DNA of 64,000 bases from Candidatus Latescibacterota bacterium (GCA_965242865.1 CBDETK010000013.1:1248001-1312000); one strand, 5' to 3'. Shown: positions 36,765 to 48,577, counted from the first letter of the stretch. Program-made: numbers and translations. Notes: generated by a model from the sequence alone, not told the origin.

Positions 36765-37754
36765 TTGATCCTCACCAGAGCGCCGTTGCGCATCCCGCTC
36801 GGCGGCGGCGGCACGGACCTAGCGTCCTATTACGCCCACTACGGAGGCTTTGTCCTCAGTGCGGGCATCGACAAATACGTCTATATCCAGCTCAACGACC
36901 TCAAGGTGGAAGACTTCATTCGCGTCAAGTACTCGCGGACCGAAACGGTCGACGCGCCCGGCCAAATTCAACACGCCCTGCTGCGCGAAGCCCTGCTGGA
37001 CGCCCAAATTGAGGGCGGGCTCGAAATAAGCGCGATGTCCGACGTGCCGGGCCGCACCGGCCTCGGCTCTTCGGGCGCGTTCACCGTGGCGCTGCTAGCC
37101 GCGCTCCACGCCTACAAGCGCGACCAACCCGCACGCCAAGCACTCGCGGAGGAAGCTCACTACATCGAATCGGTGCGGGCCGCCCAGCCAGCGGGCAAAC
37201 ACGACCACTACTTGGGCGTCTTCGGCGGCCTGACTTGCCTCGACATCGACACCAGCGGGCGCGTCGCAGTCGCGCCCTTGGCGATTTCCGCGCCCACCGC
37301 AGAGGCCCTAGCGGCCAACATGCAGGTCTTTTTCACCGGCATCCGGCGCGAGAGTTCGGACATCCTTGCACAGCAAAACCAAGACACCCAACAGGGCGAC
37401 GACCGCGTCCTAGACAGCCTGCATCAGACCAAGCAGATCGGCTACCAGATCAAGGAGGCCCTCGAACGGGACGCGCTCGACCGCTTCGGCGAATTGCTCC
37501 ACGAGCATTGGCTGGCCAAAAAGCAGCGGGCGCAGCAGATATCCAATGCGGACATCGACCGCTGGTATGCGGCCGGCCGCGCGGCCGGTGCCCTCGGCGG
37601 CAAGCTGCTAGGAGCCGGCGGCGGTGGCTTCCTCATGTTCTATTGCCCGGCCGAATACCGCGCCAAGCTGGGCGCCGCCATGGGGCAAGAAGGCCTGCGC
37701 GCCATGCCTTTCCGCTTCGACGCCGAAGGCGCCCAAGTCCTCGCCGCTCTCTGA
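36765..37754 (+). CDS. hddA: GHMP sugar kinase, D-glycero-alpha-D-manno-heptose-7-phosphate kinase-like
   Basis: RAPLRIPLGGGGTD, GLGSSG, GKHD and GKLLGAGGGGF. Confidence 0.75.
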   Translation: MILTRAPLRIPLGGGGTDLASYYAHYGGFVLSAGIDKYVYIQLNDLKVEDFIRVKYSRTETVDAPGQIQHALLREALLDAQIEGGLEISAMSDVPGRTGLGSSGAFTVALLAALHAYKRDQPARQALAEEAHYIESVRAAQPAGKHDHYLGVFGGLTCLDIDTSGRVAVAPLAISAPTAEALAANMQVFFTGIRRESSDILAQQNQDTQQGDDRVLDSLHQTKQIGYQIKEALERDALDRFGELLHEHWLAKKQRAQQISNADIDRWYAAGRAAGALGGKLLGAGGGGFLMFYCPAEYRAKLGAAMGQEGLRAMPFRFDAEGAQVLAAL

Positions 37755-38599
37755 TGCGTCGTTTATGGCTCGGCGAGGCCGAGGCCGTCCACCTGCCCGG
37801 CGGCACCTTTCGCCTCGACGGGGGGACCATGTTTGGCGTGGTGCCCAAGGCCCTGTGGCAACGCGCGTGTCCCCCGGATGAGCACAACCGCATCCGCTTG
37901 GCCTGCAACTGCTTGCTGATCAACACCGCGAGCGACCGCATCCTCCTCGATACCGGGTTCGGCACCCGCCACTCAGCGCGGGAGCGCGCGATCTATGGCA
38001 TGGGGCTGGACAGCGATGCAACCCTGTCCAGCTCGCTGGCCGCGGCCGGCGTGCAGCCCACCGACATCACCCTAGTCGCGCTCACCCACCTGCATTTTGA
38101 CCACTTCGCTGGCTGCCTCATCGAGCAGGGCGGCGCGTGGGCACCGCTGTTTCCCAACGCGGTCCACGCGGTCCAGCGCGGCGAGTGGGACGATGCCTTA
38201 GCCGGCCGCAGCACCATGCGAAGCAGCTACCGGCCCGAGGAGCTGCACGCCCTCGCCCGCCAAGTCGAGCTGCGCTTCCTCACCGGCGATGGCGAATTGG
38301 CCCCCGGGCTGGCGGCCTTTGTCACCGGCGGCCACACCCGCGCCCATCAGGGCTTTCGCTTTGCGGCCGGCGGCCGCACCCTCGTCTATCCCGGCGAGCT
38401 AATTCCCACGCGCCTCCACCTCCGGCCCTATTGGAACATGGCCTACGACGTGTTCCCCTACCAAACCTTGACCCGCAAACAGCGCTTTGTCGCGGAGGCC
38501 GCGGCCCAAGGGTGGATCGTGGCTTGGGACCACGATCCCGACGCGCCGTGGAGCCGCATCGCCCTAGCGGGCGAACACTTTGTCGCCGTAGCAGACTAG
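37754..38599 (+). CDS. Metallo-beta-lactamase fold hydrolase (YtnP-like)
   Basis: LDGGTMFGVVPK, THLHFDH, GGHT and WDHDP; TGATG overlap. Confidence 0.85.
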   Translation: MRRLWLGEAEAVHLPGGTFRLDGGTMFGVVPKALWQRACPPDEHNRIRLACNCLLINTASDRILLDTGFGTRHSARERAIYGMGLDSDATLSSSLAAAGVQPTDITLVALTHLHFDHFAGCLIEQGGAWAPLFPNAVHAVQRGEWDDALAGRSTMRSSYRPEELHALARQVELRFLTGDGELAPGLAAFVTGGHTRAHQGFRFAAGGRTLVYPGELIPTRLHLRPYWNMAYDVFPYQTLTRKQRFVAEAAAQGWIVAWDHDPDAPWSRIALAGEHFVAVAD

Positions 38600-38644
38600 G
38601 CGAGCATTGCCCCCGGTCGGGGCCTGGGTTATTCTTTGCACACT

Positions 38645-38890
38645 ATGTCCTTGGAAGTCATTGAAATTCCCGCGGAGCACCGCGACCTGCTCAACCGCCT
38701 GTCCGAGCTGATTCCCGACCTCGAACCCGACTCGCCGCAGAGCTTGCAGCGAATTTTCGGCTTGGGCCTCATCGCCCTCACCATGCAGATCACCCACAAG
38801 GCCCGCGCCCAAGACCAAGGCGACCTCGTGGCCGAGTTGGGCGACCTCGCTAAGTCCATGGTCGAGGCCGAAGGCTGGTCCCCGCCGTGA
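38645..38890 (+). CDS. Hypothetical protein, 81 aa
   Basis: Host-like codon use; TTGCCC-17-TATTCT promoter-like sequence upstream; GTGA overlap with the next ORF. Confidence 0.55.
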   Translation: MSLEVIEIPAEHRDLLNRLSELIPDLEPDSPQSLQRIFGLGLIALTMQITHKARAQDQGDLVAELGDLAKSMVEAEGWSPP

Positions 38891-39165
38891 TTCTCCCGCC
38901 CTCCTCGCTCGACCTCTTCAGCCTCAAGAGGCGCACGGCTTTGGTGACCGGCGGCAGCAAGGGCCTTGGGGCCGCCATGGCCGGGGTGCTGTCCGGGGCC
39001 GGGGCCGACGTGGCTCTCACCAGCCGCAACTTAGAAGAAGCTCGCACGGCGGCCGCGCAAATCAGCGCCCATACCAGCGGCCGCGTGCTCGCGTTCCCAG
39101 CCGACGCGGCCGACCGCGCCCAAGTGGAAGCCTCGGTCGCCCACACCAAGTACACCGCTCAGTGA
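38887..39165 (+). pseudogene. Truncated SDR (N-terminal Rossmann part only)
   Basis: TGGSKGLG is present, but the ORF ends at 92 aa before NNAG and YxxxK. Confidence 0.7.
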
Positions 39166-39169
39166 CGCG

Positions 39170-39952
39170 CTAGAGCCTGCGGCAGACCCTCTTAAAAGCC
39201 AATCGCGTCAAGCGGGGCAGGTGCTGGCGCAGCTTGATCAGCAAATACGCGGCCGCGTCCGGGACGCTCTTGCGCTTGTCCGCGGCGACCGCGTCTGCGA
39301 TGGCTGCGCCCACCTCCTCGGCCGACTTGGCGAACTTTTGCTGCACCGGCAAGTGCTGAGTGCCGGCCCGTGCGGCAAACTCCGTATGCACCAAGCCCGG
39401 CTCCACCAGGTGGACGCCAATGCCTCGGGGCGCCAGTTCGTAGTCGAGGCTTTCGGCCAAGCCGCTCACCGCGAATTTTGTCGCGCTGTACACGGCGTGC
39501 TTGGGCACGGGGAATTCGCCGGCAACACTCGAGATAAAGACCAATCGCCCCCGCCCGCGCGCCAGCATGCCCGGCAGAAAGGCGCGGGTGCAGTAGAGGA
39601 CGCCAAGCAGGTTCGTTTGTACTACGGCCGCGCATTCGCGTATCTCCGCGTCGGCAAAGGACTTGTAATAGCCCCGACCCGCATTGTTGATCAGCACGTC
39701 GGCCCCGCCCCATCGCGCCTCCACCTCGGCCTGCAACGCACCGACTTGGGCCAGATCGCCGACATCGCACGGCACCACGAGCGGCGGGCGACCGCCCTTT
39801 TTTTGGATGGCCGCCCCCACCACCGCGAGGGCCTCGGCGCGGCGCGCCACCAAGGCCACGTGCGCCCCGCGCTCGGCCAGCACCAGGGCCAAGGCGCGGC
39901 CGATGCCGCTGCTGGCCCCGGTGAGCACGACCCGCTGGTCATCCCAGTTCAT
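39170..39952 (-). CDS. Short-chain dehydrogenase/reductase
   Basis: TGASSGIG, NNAG and YSATK. Confidence 0.9.
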   Translation of the reverse strand: MNWDDQRVVLTGASSGIGRALALVLAERGAHVALVARRAEALAVVGAAIQKKGGRPPLVVPCDVGDLAQVGALQAEVEARWGGADVLINNAGRGYYKSFADAEIRECAAVVQTNLLGVLYCTRAFLPGMLARGRGRLVFISSVAGEFPVPKHAVYSATKFAVSGLAESLDYELAPRGIGVHLVEPGLVHTEFAARAGTQHLPVQQKFAKSAEEVGAAIADAVAADKRKSVPDAAAYLLIKLRQHLPRLTRLAFKRVCRRL

Positions 39953-40163
39953 TGTCCCTCACTCATTTTCATAATGAGAAGCAACCCTTCTTATTGTCGT
40001 TTAGAGAAAATTCCGCAATAAATTATTTTTAATGCACTTATCTATTTTTTGTCCCGCTTTTTCTATATATATTATCAAGATGGGAAAATTTCCGTTTGCG
40101 GCGCGGCCGTGCGAATCGTCGTAAGTTCTTTATAAACAAACCGCTAGCAAAAATCTCGCCCTT

Positions 40164-40180
40164 TGGCACGAACTTTGCAT
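40164..40180 (+). promoter_or_regulatory. sigma54 -24/-12 promoter of groESL
   Basis: TGGCACGAACTTTGCAT, a consensus match with GG-N10-GC, preceded by an AT-rich tract. Confidence 0.75.
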
Positions 40181-40184
40181 ATAG

Positions 40185-42164
<1,980 letters not shown>

Positions 42165-42185
42165 GGGACGCTTGACACACGTGCA

Positions 42186-42222
42186 AAAGCGGGCGGGGTG
42201 TTTCATCCCGCCCGCTTTCTTT
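42186..42222 (+). terminator. Rho-independent terminator after groEL
   Basis: AAAGCGGGCGGG...CCCGCCCGCTTT stem followed by CTTT. Confidence 0.8.
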
Positions 42223-42254
42223 GCTTTACTATCTCAACGAGGAGCCCAGCCGCC

Positions 42255-42560
42255 ATGACCGAAGACAAAACCACCCTCAGTGCCGCCGAAGTAGATGCCG
42301 AATTGCAAACGCTCGCCGGATGGCGCCGCGACGGCATCATCATCGCGCGCGACTTCGTCTTTGCCAACTTCAAGGACATCACCTCGTTCCTCAACCACCT
42401 GACCCGCACCATCACCGAGCAGAACCACCATCCCGACTTCTCCTTGGACACCGGCAAGCGCACCATTGCCGTCGCAATAACAACCCACAGCGAAGGGGCC
42501 GTCACCCGCTCGGATATCCTCTTCGCCCGCACGCTCAATGAGTGGCAACCGGGGCACTGA
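42255..42560 (+). CDS. Pterin-4-alpha-carbinolamine dehydratase
   Basis: LAGW, FxFANF, NHHPD and TTHS.G.VT..D motifs. Confidence 0.85.
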   Translation: MTEDKTTLSAAEVDAELQTLAGWRRDGIIIARDFVFANFKDITSFLNHLTRTITEQNHHPDFSLDTGKRTIAVAITTHSEGAVTRSDILFARTLNEWQPGH

Positions 42561-42728
42561 GCCCTGATTCGCCCGCAGTCCCTGCGTTGCCGCAAAGAAA
42601 CAGCGTCGTTTCCACATAGACACACCGCCACACCGCTGTTAGCAGTGAGAACAGGTGGACGACCCGGCATGGCCTGCCTTTTGCTAGTAGGAGGCGAGTG
42701 CTTACCTTTAGCCAAGGAGGACCTTCTC

Positions 42729-42992
42729 ATGGCCGAGCAGCAACCCCACCCCGTCCAGCCTACGGAATCCATGCTCGCTCTCAGCTTTCTGCGCGAGGAT
42801 ATTCAGGATGTGCGTCAAGATGTGCGCCAAACCAATGAGCGCATCGACGAGGCGCGTGCCGAAATGAACACGCGCATCGACGACTTAGCCAAACAACTCG
42901 ATTCGCGCTACGCACGGCTGATGGCCATGCTCATCGCCTGCACCAGCATCCTCGTCACCGCAATGGGCGCGGCCGTAGCTGTGCTCAAGTAA
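42729..42992 (+). CDS. Coiled-coil protein with C-terminal TM anchor (DUF1640-like)
   Basis: SD AAGGAGG; heptads LREDIQDVRQDVRQTNERID and a hydrophobic tail. Confidence 0.65.
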   Translation: MAEQQPHPVQPTESMLALSFLREDIQDVRQDVRQTNERIDEARAEMNTRIDDLAKQLDSRYARLMAMLIACTSILVTAMGAAVAVLK

Positions 42993-43024
42993 TTCCGCAC
43001 AGACCCAAAGCGGTATGACTTAGC

Positions 43025-45325
43025 TCAGAAGAAGACCTTGTGCAGCAGGCGCAGGTTGCGGCCCGGCTCGGGCAGGATTTCCTTGACCCGGTTGAGGTGG
43101 TTGCGGTACACCGCGTTAGTGGCGTTTTCCAAGGTCAGGGCCAAGGTGTGCAGACGCTTTCCCCACTGCGCGTAGTACTGACTCGAAAAATCCAAGACCG
43201 CGTACCCCTCCGTAGGCTGTTCAAACTCGCCGACTCGGTTCTGCGCGGCCGCGAGGCGCAGCGCAAGGGTCGCACTCAGTGCCTCGCTGGGTTCGCAGGT
43301 CAGGCTCAGATGCCCTTGCAGGGGCGGCAGCCGCGGCAGGGGTTCGCGGTTGCGGTCCACGAGGTGACCGCGCACATAGCTGAGGCTACCACCCCCCTTC
43401 CACCGGGCCGCCAAACGCCAATCGAAATTGGCTTCGACGCCGTGCATGAGGACGCGCTCCCCCACAGTCCGGTAGAGAAACAGATCGGCGCGCCGCAGGC
43501 TGCGCTCGCCGCTGTTCTTGGGGAAAATGTACCCGTCAATGGCGTTGCGGAAGACCGCCAAGTGCAAATGGCCCTCTTCGCGGTGGTAGTCGGCGAACAG
43601 CTCCAGTCCCAAGCCGCGTTCGCTGTCGAGGGCCCCATTGCCCACCTCGTACGAATAGGCGGCCAAATGCGGCCCCTCGGCGAACAGCTCTTCAATGCCC
43701 GGGGCGCGAAAGGTGCGCATCACGGTCGCGCCCAGCGTCACGGTCGGGCTGGGGCGATAGTGGTTGGACAAGCCGGCGGACATACCGGCAAAGTCGCGCG
43801 TCTCAATGCGGCCGACTCTGCGCGAGTCGCGCTCCGCACGCGGCTCGACGCGGCGGGCATCAATTCGCAGAGCCCCATTGACCTCCCACGGGGATCTCGC
43901 CCACTCCTGATACACAAACAAAGCACCGGCGTATTCTTCGGCCGGCGGCGTGTAGGTCAAACCGGCCTCGGCATAGTTGCGGTACTCGTACCACAGACCG
44001 ACCTCGCCGTTTGCAAAAGGCCCCATGCGCTCTAGGTGGGCCAGTGCACCGCTGTTGTGCGTGAGCACGCCGTACTCTAAGCCCAAGTCGCCACTCTCCT
44101 CGAATTCGCCGTGCTGGTAACGGGAAAACGAGTGGTGCAGCACTAGGCGCTGGAGCCAAGCCGGCCCGGCAAAAATTTCGCCGCGACCAACGAGATGCTG
44201 GCGCTGGAGATCGATGGCTACGCCGTCTGGGTGGGCACCCTCCGGGTCGGGGGGAATGCCGTAATCGGAGATGTACAGACTGCCGGACGCGCCCATATAC
44301 CCCCAAGGCTGGACCAGACTTAGGCCGGCCGAAGTATTGCCCGTGCGGAGGTCCGTATTGGCGAGCACTCCGCGTGGAGTGGCAATATCGTCGGCATTGC
44401 GCAGACTGCTGTCCAAGCGCAGGGCCAGTGGACCGAGCACCTGTTCGAGGGTCAGGCCGCCAGACAACCCTCGGTTGACGCTCTCCCCTTGATAGGTCAC
44501 CGAGCCTCCTAAGCCAGCGGGCTGCTCGGAGGGCACGTACCCTCGCACCACGTTGACGACTCCGCCCAAAGCGTTGGAACCGTAGAGCAAGGTGCGGGGG
44601 CCGCGCACGATCTCGATGCGCTCAGTAGTCATCGGCTCGATGGCCACCGCGTGGTCCGAGGAAGTACCGGACAAATCGCCGGTGCGCTCGCTGTCTTCGA
44701 GTATTAGCAAGCGATCGCCGCCTAGCCCGCGCAGCACCGGACGTGCGGGCGCGGGCCCCATCGTGCGTTGGGCAATGCCCGGCTCGCCGGCGATGGTCTC
44801 GGCGATGGTGTAGCTCAAATTCTGGCGCAGTTTGCTGCCGCTGAAGACGACTTCCGGCTCCCGTAGCGGCAGCAGCACCGCCGCGGCCTCGCCTTCGACC
44901 ACGATGGCCTCTAGATGCAGAGCCTCGTGGCCGAGGGCGAGTTCGACCTGCGTGGTATCGCCGGCGACGACCTCGACCTTAAAGCGCGCCTCGCGGTAGC
45001 CGACGTGGAGGCTTTGCAGGACGTGCGTACCGGGCGGTACGTTGGCGAAGAAAAAGGACCCCTCAGCGTCGCTAATCCGCGCTCGGTCGAGCCCCTCGAT
45101 AACGACGGTAGCCCAACCAACGGGCTGGCCGCTTTCGGCGTTGATTGTGCGGCCAGCGAGCGAGCCAGTCTGGGCGCCAGAGGCGGGGCCTATCGCCAAG
45201 CTCGAGAGGAAAAGTGCTACGAGGCAACGGACGCAGCGACAAGCTCCGCACCGCGACGAATGCGCGATTTGACAGTTAGCGTACCGAGATGAGCAGGGCG
45301 TTGAGACGCATGGCCTACTCGTCAT
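43025..45325 (-). CDS. TonB-dependent receptor (ZnuD-like metal uptake); start uncertain
   Basis: N-terminal carboxypeptidase-regulatory-like domain; plug RPVLRGL...SSDHAV...RIEIVRGPRTLLYGSNALGGVVN; C-terminal Phe. Confidence 0.85.
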   Translation of the reverse strand: MTSRPCVSTPCSSRYANCQIAHSSRCGACRCVRCLVALFLSSLAIGPASGAQTGSLAGRTINAESGQPVGWATVVIEGLDRARISDAEGSFFFANVPPGTHVLQSLHVGYREARFKVEVVAGDTTQVELALGHEALHLEAIVVEGEAAAVLLPLREPEVVFSGSKLRQNLSYTIAETIAGEPGIAQRTMGPAPARPVLRGLGGDRLLILEDSERTGDLSGTSSDHAVAIEPMTTERIEIVRGPRTLLYGSNALGGVVNVVRGYVPSEQPAGLGGSVTYQGESVNRGLSGGLTLEQVLGPLALRLDSSLRNADDIATPRGVLANTDLRTGNTSAGLSLVQPWGYMGASGSLYISDYGIPPDPEGAHPDGVAIDLQRQHLVGRGEIFAGPAWLQRLVLHHSFSRYQHGEFEESGDLGLEYGVLTHNSGALAHLERMGPFANGEVGLWYEYRNYAEAGLTYTPPAEEYAGALFVYQEWARSPWEVNGALRIDARRVEPRAERDSRRVGRIETRDFAGMSAGLSNHYRPSPTVTLGATVMRTFRAPGIEELFAEGPHLAAYSYEVGNGALDSERGLGLELFADYHREEGHLHLAVFRNAIDGYIFPKNSGERSLRRADLFLYRTVGERVLMHGVEANFDWRLAARWKGGGSLSYVRGHLVDRNREPLPRLPPLQGHLSLTCEPSEALSATLALRLAAAQNRVGEFEQPTEGYAVLDFSSQYYAQWGKRLHTLALTLENATNAVYRNHLNRVKEILPEPGRNLRLLHKVFF

Positions 45326-45845
45326 CGTGGTCATCGTCATGCTCATCGTCGTGGTCATCGTCATGCGAGGCTTCAGACCCCGGCCCGCCTTCTTCGACGT
45401 GGATTTCGATTTCCTTAGAGACGAAATCGGCGTGGTCCCCGTGGTTGATTTTGATGACGATGGTCGTCTGGCCCTCTTCCAAGCCGACGATGTGAAAAGC
45501 CCAAGCACCGTCTTCGGCGTGATGCTCGACTTCGGCGATGCTCTCGTCGGCAATTTCCCAGCCAAGGGCGAAGCCTTCGGCCGGGTCTGGGGTGAAGAGG
45601 TCGCCATCTTCGGCGATAAAGCGCACGGACAGCAGGGCCGTTTCCAAGCCGTGGCCCACTTCGATTTCGCCTTCGACCTCGCCGTTCTCGTAGCGGACGA
45701 TCTCCTCGCCGCTGTTGCGAATGATCAGGCCGACAGCTTCGGCGTGTTCTTCTAGGTTGGCATCAACGGGATTGTCGTCGTCGCCGCAGCCCGCAATAAA
45801 GAGCGCAAGGGCAAAGATGCCCACTGCAAATATGTTTTTAAGCAT
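45315..45845 (-). CDS. His/Asp-rich lipoprotein, putative metal-binding
   Basis: Lipobox FIAGC; EEHAE, HGDHADF and tail HDDDHDDEHDDDHDDE. Confidence 0.75.
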   Translation of the reverse strand: MLKNIFAVGIFALALFIAGCGDDDNPVDANLEEHAEAVGLIIRNSGEEIVRYENGEVEGEIEVGHGLETALLSVRFIAEDGDLFTPDPAEGFALGWEIADESIAEVEHHAEDGAWAFHIVGLEEGQTTIVIKINHGDHADFVSKEIEIHVEEGGPGSEASHDDDHDDEHDDDHDDE

Positions 45846-45957
45846 GGTGCTAGTCTCCAATGGTTTAACCCGGACTGCGCGTTGGACGCAGAACGGGGAT
45901 TTAATGGATATGGATATGGATATGGAGAGGGGCACCCACGCACTGCGCGTGGATGCA

Positions 45958-46272
45958 CTAGCACCGGGGCGGGCCTCGGTTGAAATGGGTAAAGCGCGGG
46001 TTAAAAAGGGGCAGGGGTACGGTGCGCGGAGTAGCCGGGCCTAGCGCAACGGCGTTTGAGGCCACGAGCACGAGCGGCAGGCTTAAAAAAAGAAGCGATA
46101 AGCTGCTCTGCAGCAGGCAGGTCGGACAGTGCTCAGACTCGCCGAGGCTCTCGTGGAAAAGCTGGTGACCGAAGGGCAAGCCGCCGATGACCGCGGCAAA
46201 GAGCACGGTCAGCACCAGCAGGCCCAGCGAGTGCGCCGAGCGCGTCGAGTTGTCTGTTTTGCGCGTTAACAT
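45958..46272 (-). CDS. DUF2946/CruR-like leader protein
   Basis: N-terminal TM, HxxxH, HCPTC, Pro-rich linker and C-terminal RGPP. Confidence 0.7.
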   Translation of the reverse strand: MLTRKTDNSTRSAHSLGLLVLTVLFAAVIGGLPFGHQLFHESLGESEHCPTCLLQSSLSLLFLSLPLVLVASNAVALGPATPRTVPLPLFNPRFTHFNRGPPRC

Positions 46273-46434
46273 GACCTTGTATTGAGTATAGTGGTCAACA
46301 ACAAAAAAGTAAACCCGCGCCTTTCTCCATCGAGTCTTGCTCTTTACTCGGCAATGCCTACTTTCTTAATCATACAGCATACAGCAGTTCAGATTTGCCG
46401 AACCTCCCGATCCCAATGCTTAGGAGGCTGTGGA

Positions 46435-47685
46435 GTGCCCTTTGATTTTTTGGGGATATTAGCCCGTTTTTTTGATTTCCTCTGGTCGTCCTTCCTGTTG
46501 TTAGCACCCATGCTGTTGCTGGGGCTGTTCCTTTCCGGCCTGATCCACGTATTCATCTCCCGCCGAGCCATACTCCGCTGGCTCCGCGACGATAGCCTAA
46601 AGTCCGTAGCCACGAGCTCGGCTATTGGCGTGCCGGTGCCGCTGTGCAGTTGTTCGGTCGTGCCCGTAGTCGCCGAGATGCACAACAAGGGGGCGTCCCG
46701 TTCGTCCTGCATGTCTTTCCTGATAACCGCGCCTGAAACGGGTGTAGACTCGATTTTGGTCACCAACGCCTTTTTCGGCTTCGTCGTCGCCCTAGTCCGC
46801 CCCATCATTAGCTTTATCACCGCGGTCGTCGCCGGGCTTTTCTGCATTGGCCTCATAAAAGACGACCGCGACGCAACCAAGACGAGCGATTGCGACCCCT
46901 ACCACGACTGCAATCACGCCCATGGCTCGCACCAATCACTCATGCCCGACCGGGATGATTGCTACGTCAGCCCCGCTCAACTCAAGGTATTGCTGGTCAA
47001 CTGGCTCAAGGAGTTGGCCCTAGCAGCCGGCCGGTGGCGGTCCGGCTTGGGGGCAAAACCGGGCGTCGTCCCCACAGACGATTCGGGGCTCGACTTCAAG
47101 AAGCTGGTCAAGCACGTCTTTCGCTATGGCTTTGTCGAAATAGCAGACGATATCCTCTTCGCGTTGCTCGTGGGGGTCGCGCTGGGCGGGGTGCTCTTTC
47201 TGGCACTTCCGAGCGATTTGATGGCCAACGAGTACGCCCGCTATCTGTCCTATCCCGTCATGGTGCTGATCGGCGTTCCCCTCTATATCTGCGCATCCGC
47301 CAGCACCCCGATCGCCGCGGCACTCGTTGCCAAGGGGATCAGCCCGGGCGCGGCCCTGATTTTTCTCATGACCGGACCGGCCACCAACACCGGCACGATC
47401 GCGATTATCGTCAGCCGGTTCGGCACCCGCTTTGCCTCCATCTACGTCGCCGTGGTCATCGCGGTGACGGTCGTCCTCGGCATCGCGATCGACGCGCTAC
47501 TTTTGGCCGCTGGTCTGGCGATTTCCGTCAACCTCGACGCCTCCCATTCGCCGGCCATTCAGTTCCTGCAATGGGGCAGCGCTGTTCTCCTCATCGCCCT
47601 GATCATCTGGCGATTCCGGGCCGGTGCCCTGCGAAGCGGCTACGAGCACATGCTGCTCAACATCCGCAGCTCAAGCGACCCTTGA
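46435..47685 (+). CDS. Permease of the DUF318/ArsP family (Cu/Zn transporter-like)
   Basis: PLCSCSVVP, APETGVDS, His/Cys-rich loop and YICASASTP; GTG after AGGAGG. Confidence 0.82.
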   Translation: MPFDFLGILARFFDFLWSSFLLLAPMLLLGLFLSGLIHVFISRRAILRWLRDDSLKSVATSSAIGVPVPLCSCSVVPVVAEMHNKGASRSSCMSFLITAPETGVDSILVTNAFFGFVVALVRPIISFITAVVAGLFCIGLIKDDRDATKTSDCDPYHDCNHAHGSHQSLMPDRDDCYVSPAQLKVLLVNWLKELALAAGRWRSGLGAKPGVVPTDDSGLDFKKLVKHVFRYGFVEIADDILFALLVGVALGGVLFLALPSDLMANEYARYLSYPVMVLIGVPLYICASASTPIAAALVAKGISPGAALIFLMTGPATNTGTIAIIVSRFGTRFASIYVAVVIAVTVVLGIAIDALLLAAGLAISVNLDASHSPAIQFLQWGSAVLLIALIIWRFRAGALRSGYEHMLLNIRSSSDP

Positions 47686-47738
47686 CCCGCCATCGGCTCT
47701 CCCCGGGCGTCAGCAGCTAGTTTTCAGTCATAGCCATC

Positions 47739-48533
47739 GTGGAATCAAATTCTCTACTAATTTTGTCGGCGTACTCAGCCGCCCTCTTTGCCGCTTCCTT
47801 GCTCGGCGGGAAACTGGCGACCGTGGGCACCATGACGCATACGCGCACCCAGATCGTGATGAGTCTGGTGGCCGGCTTCATCCTCGGCATCGCCATGTAT
47901 CACCTGCTCCCCCACAGCGTTGAGCACATTTCCGGGCCTGAGAAAACAAAAAAAGCCATGGGCTGGATGGTGTTCGGCATGGTGCTGATGATTTTTTTGC
48001 TACATATCTTTCACTTTCATCAGCACGACTTCAGCGCTGAGGCGAGCGATTTATACGATCAACGCGGCCACGGTGGGGTACATTCGCGGAGTTTATTGGG
48101 CATTGCCCTCGGCCTGGGGGGGCATACCGCGATCGAAGGGAGCGCCCTCGGCACTAGTATGCATAACGACAGCACCGGCACCTTGGCCGGGCTGGGGGTA
48201 TTCCTCGCCATTTTGCTGCACAAGCCGCTCGAGGCGTACTCCATTATCGGCATGATGCAGTCCGCCGGTCGCAGTCCGCGCACCTGCACGGCCGCCAATG
48301 TTGGGTTTGCCCTGCTGTGCCCTGTGGTGGCACTGGCGAGTTTCTGGGGGGTGGGATTGCTCGGCCCGCAAGCAGGGGCTATCGTCGGCTACATGCTGGC
48401 CTTTGCGGCCGGCGCGTTCCTGTGCATTGCCTTGAGCGACCTGCTGCCGGAGATCCATTTCCACAGCCACGATCGCGGCAAGCTCATCGCAGCACTCCTC
48501 GTGGGCATCGGTCTGGCCTACGCGCTGTGTTGA
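47739..48533 (+). CDS. ZIP family metal transporter
   Basis: HLLPH, HFHQH loop, HTAIEG, LHKPLE and DLLPE. Confidence 0.88.
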   Translation: MESNSLLILSAYSAALFAASLLGGKLATVGTMTHTRTQIVMSLVAGFILGIAMYHLLPHSVEHISGPEKTKKAMGWMVFGMVLMIFLLHIFHFHQHDFSAEASDLYDQRGHGGVHSRSLLGIALGLGGHTAIEGSALGTSMHNDSTGTLAGLGVFLAILLHKPLEAYSIIGMMQSAGRSPRTCTAANVGFALLCPVVALASFWGVGLLGPQAGAIVGYMLAFAAGAFLCIALSDLLPEIHFHSHDRGKLIAALLVGIGLAYALC

Positions 48534-48577
48534 ATCCAGCACCCTCCATGGGCTACTAGCCCGGCCGCGATCCAACG

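Noticed and set aside
42561-43024. Duplicated host-gene end around the coiled-coil gene at 42729
   Set aside because: Only a 10-bp TTCGCCCGCA echo on one side, unlike the clear cases at 24.9 kb and 61.5 kb.
46273-46434. Zur/Fur box in the divergent metal-cluster promoter
   Set aside because: No convincing AT-rich palindrome; only a 5-bp CGAGT...ACTCG inverted repeat.
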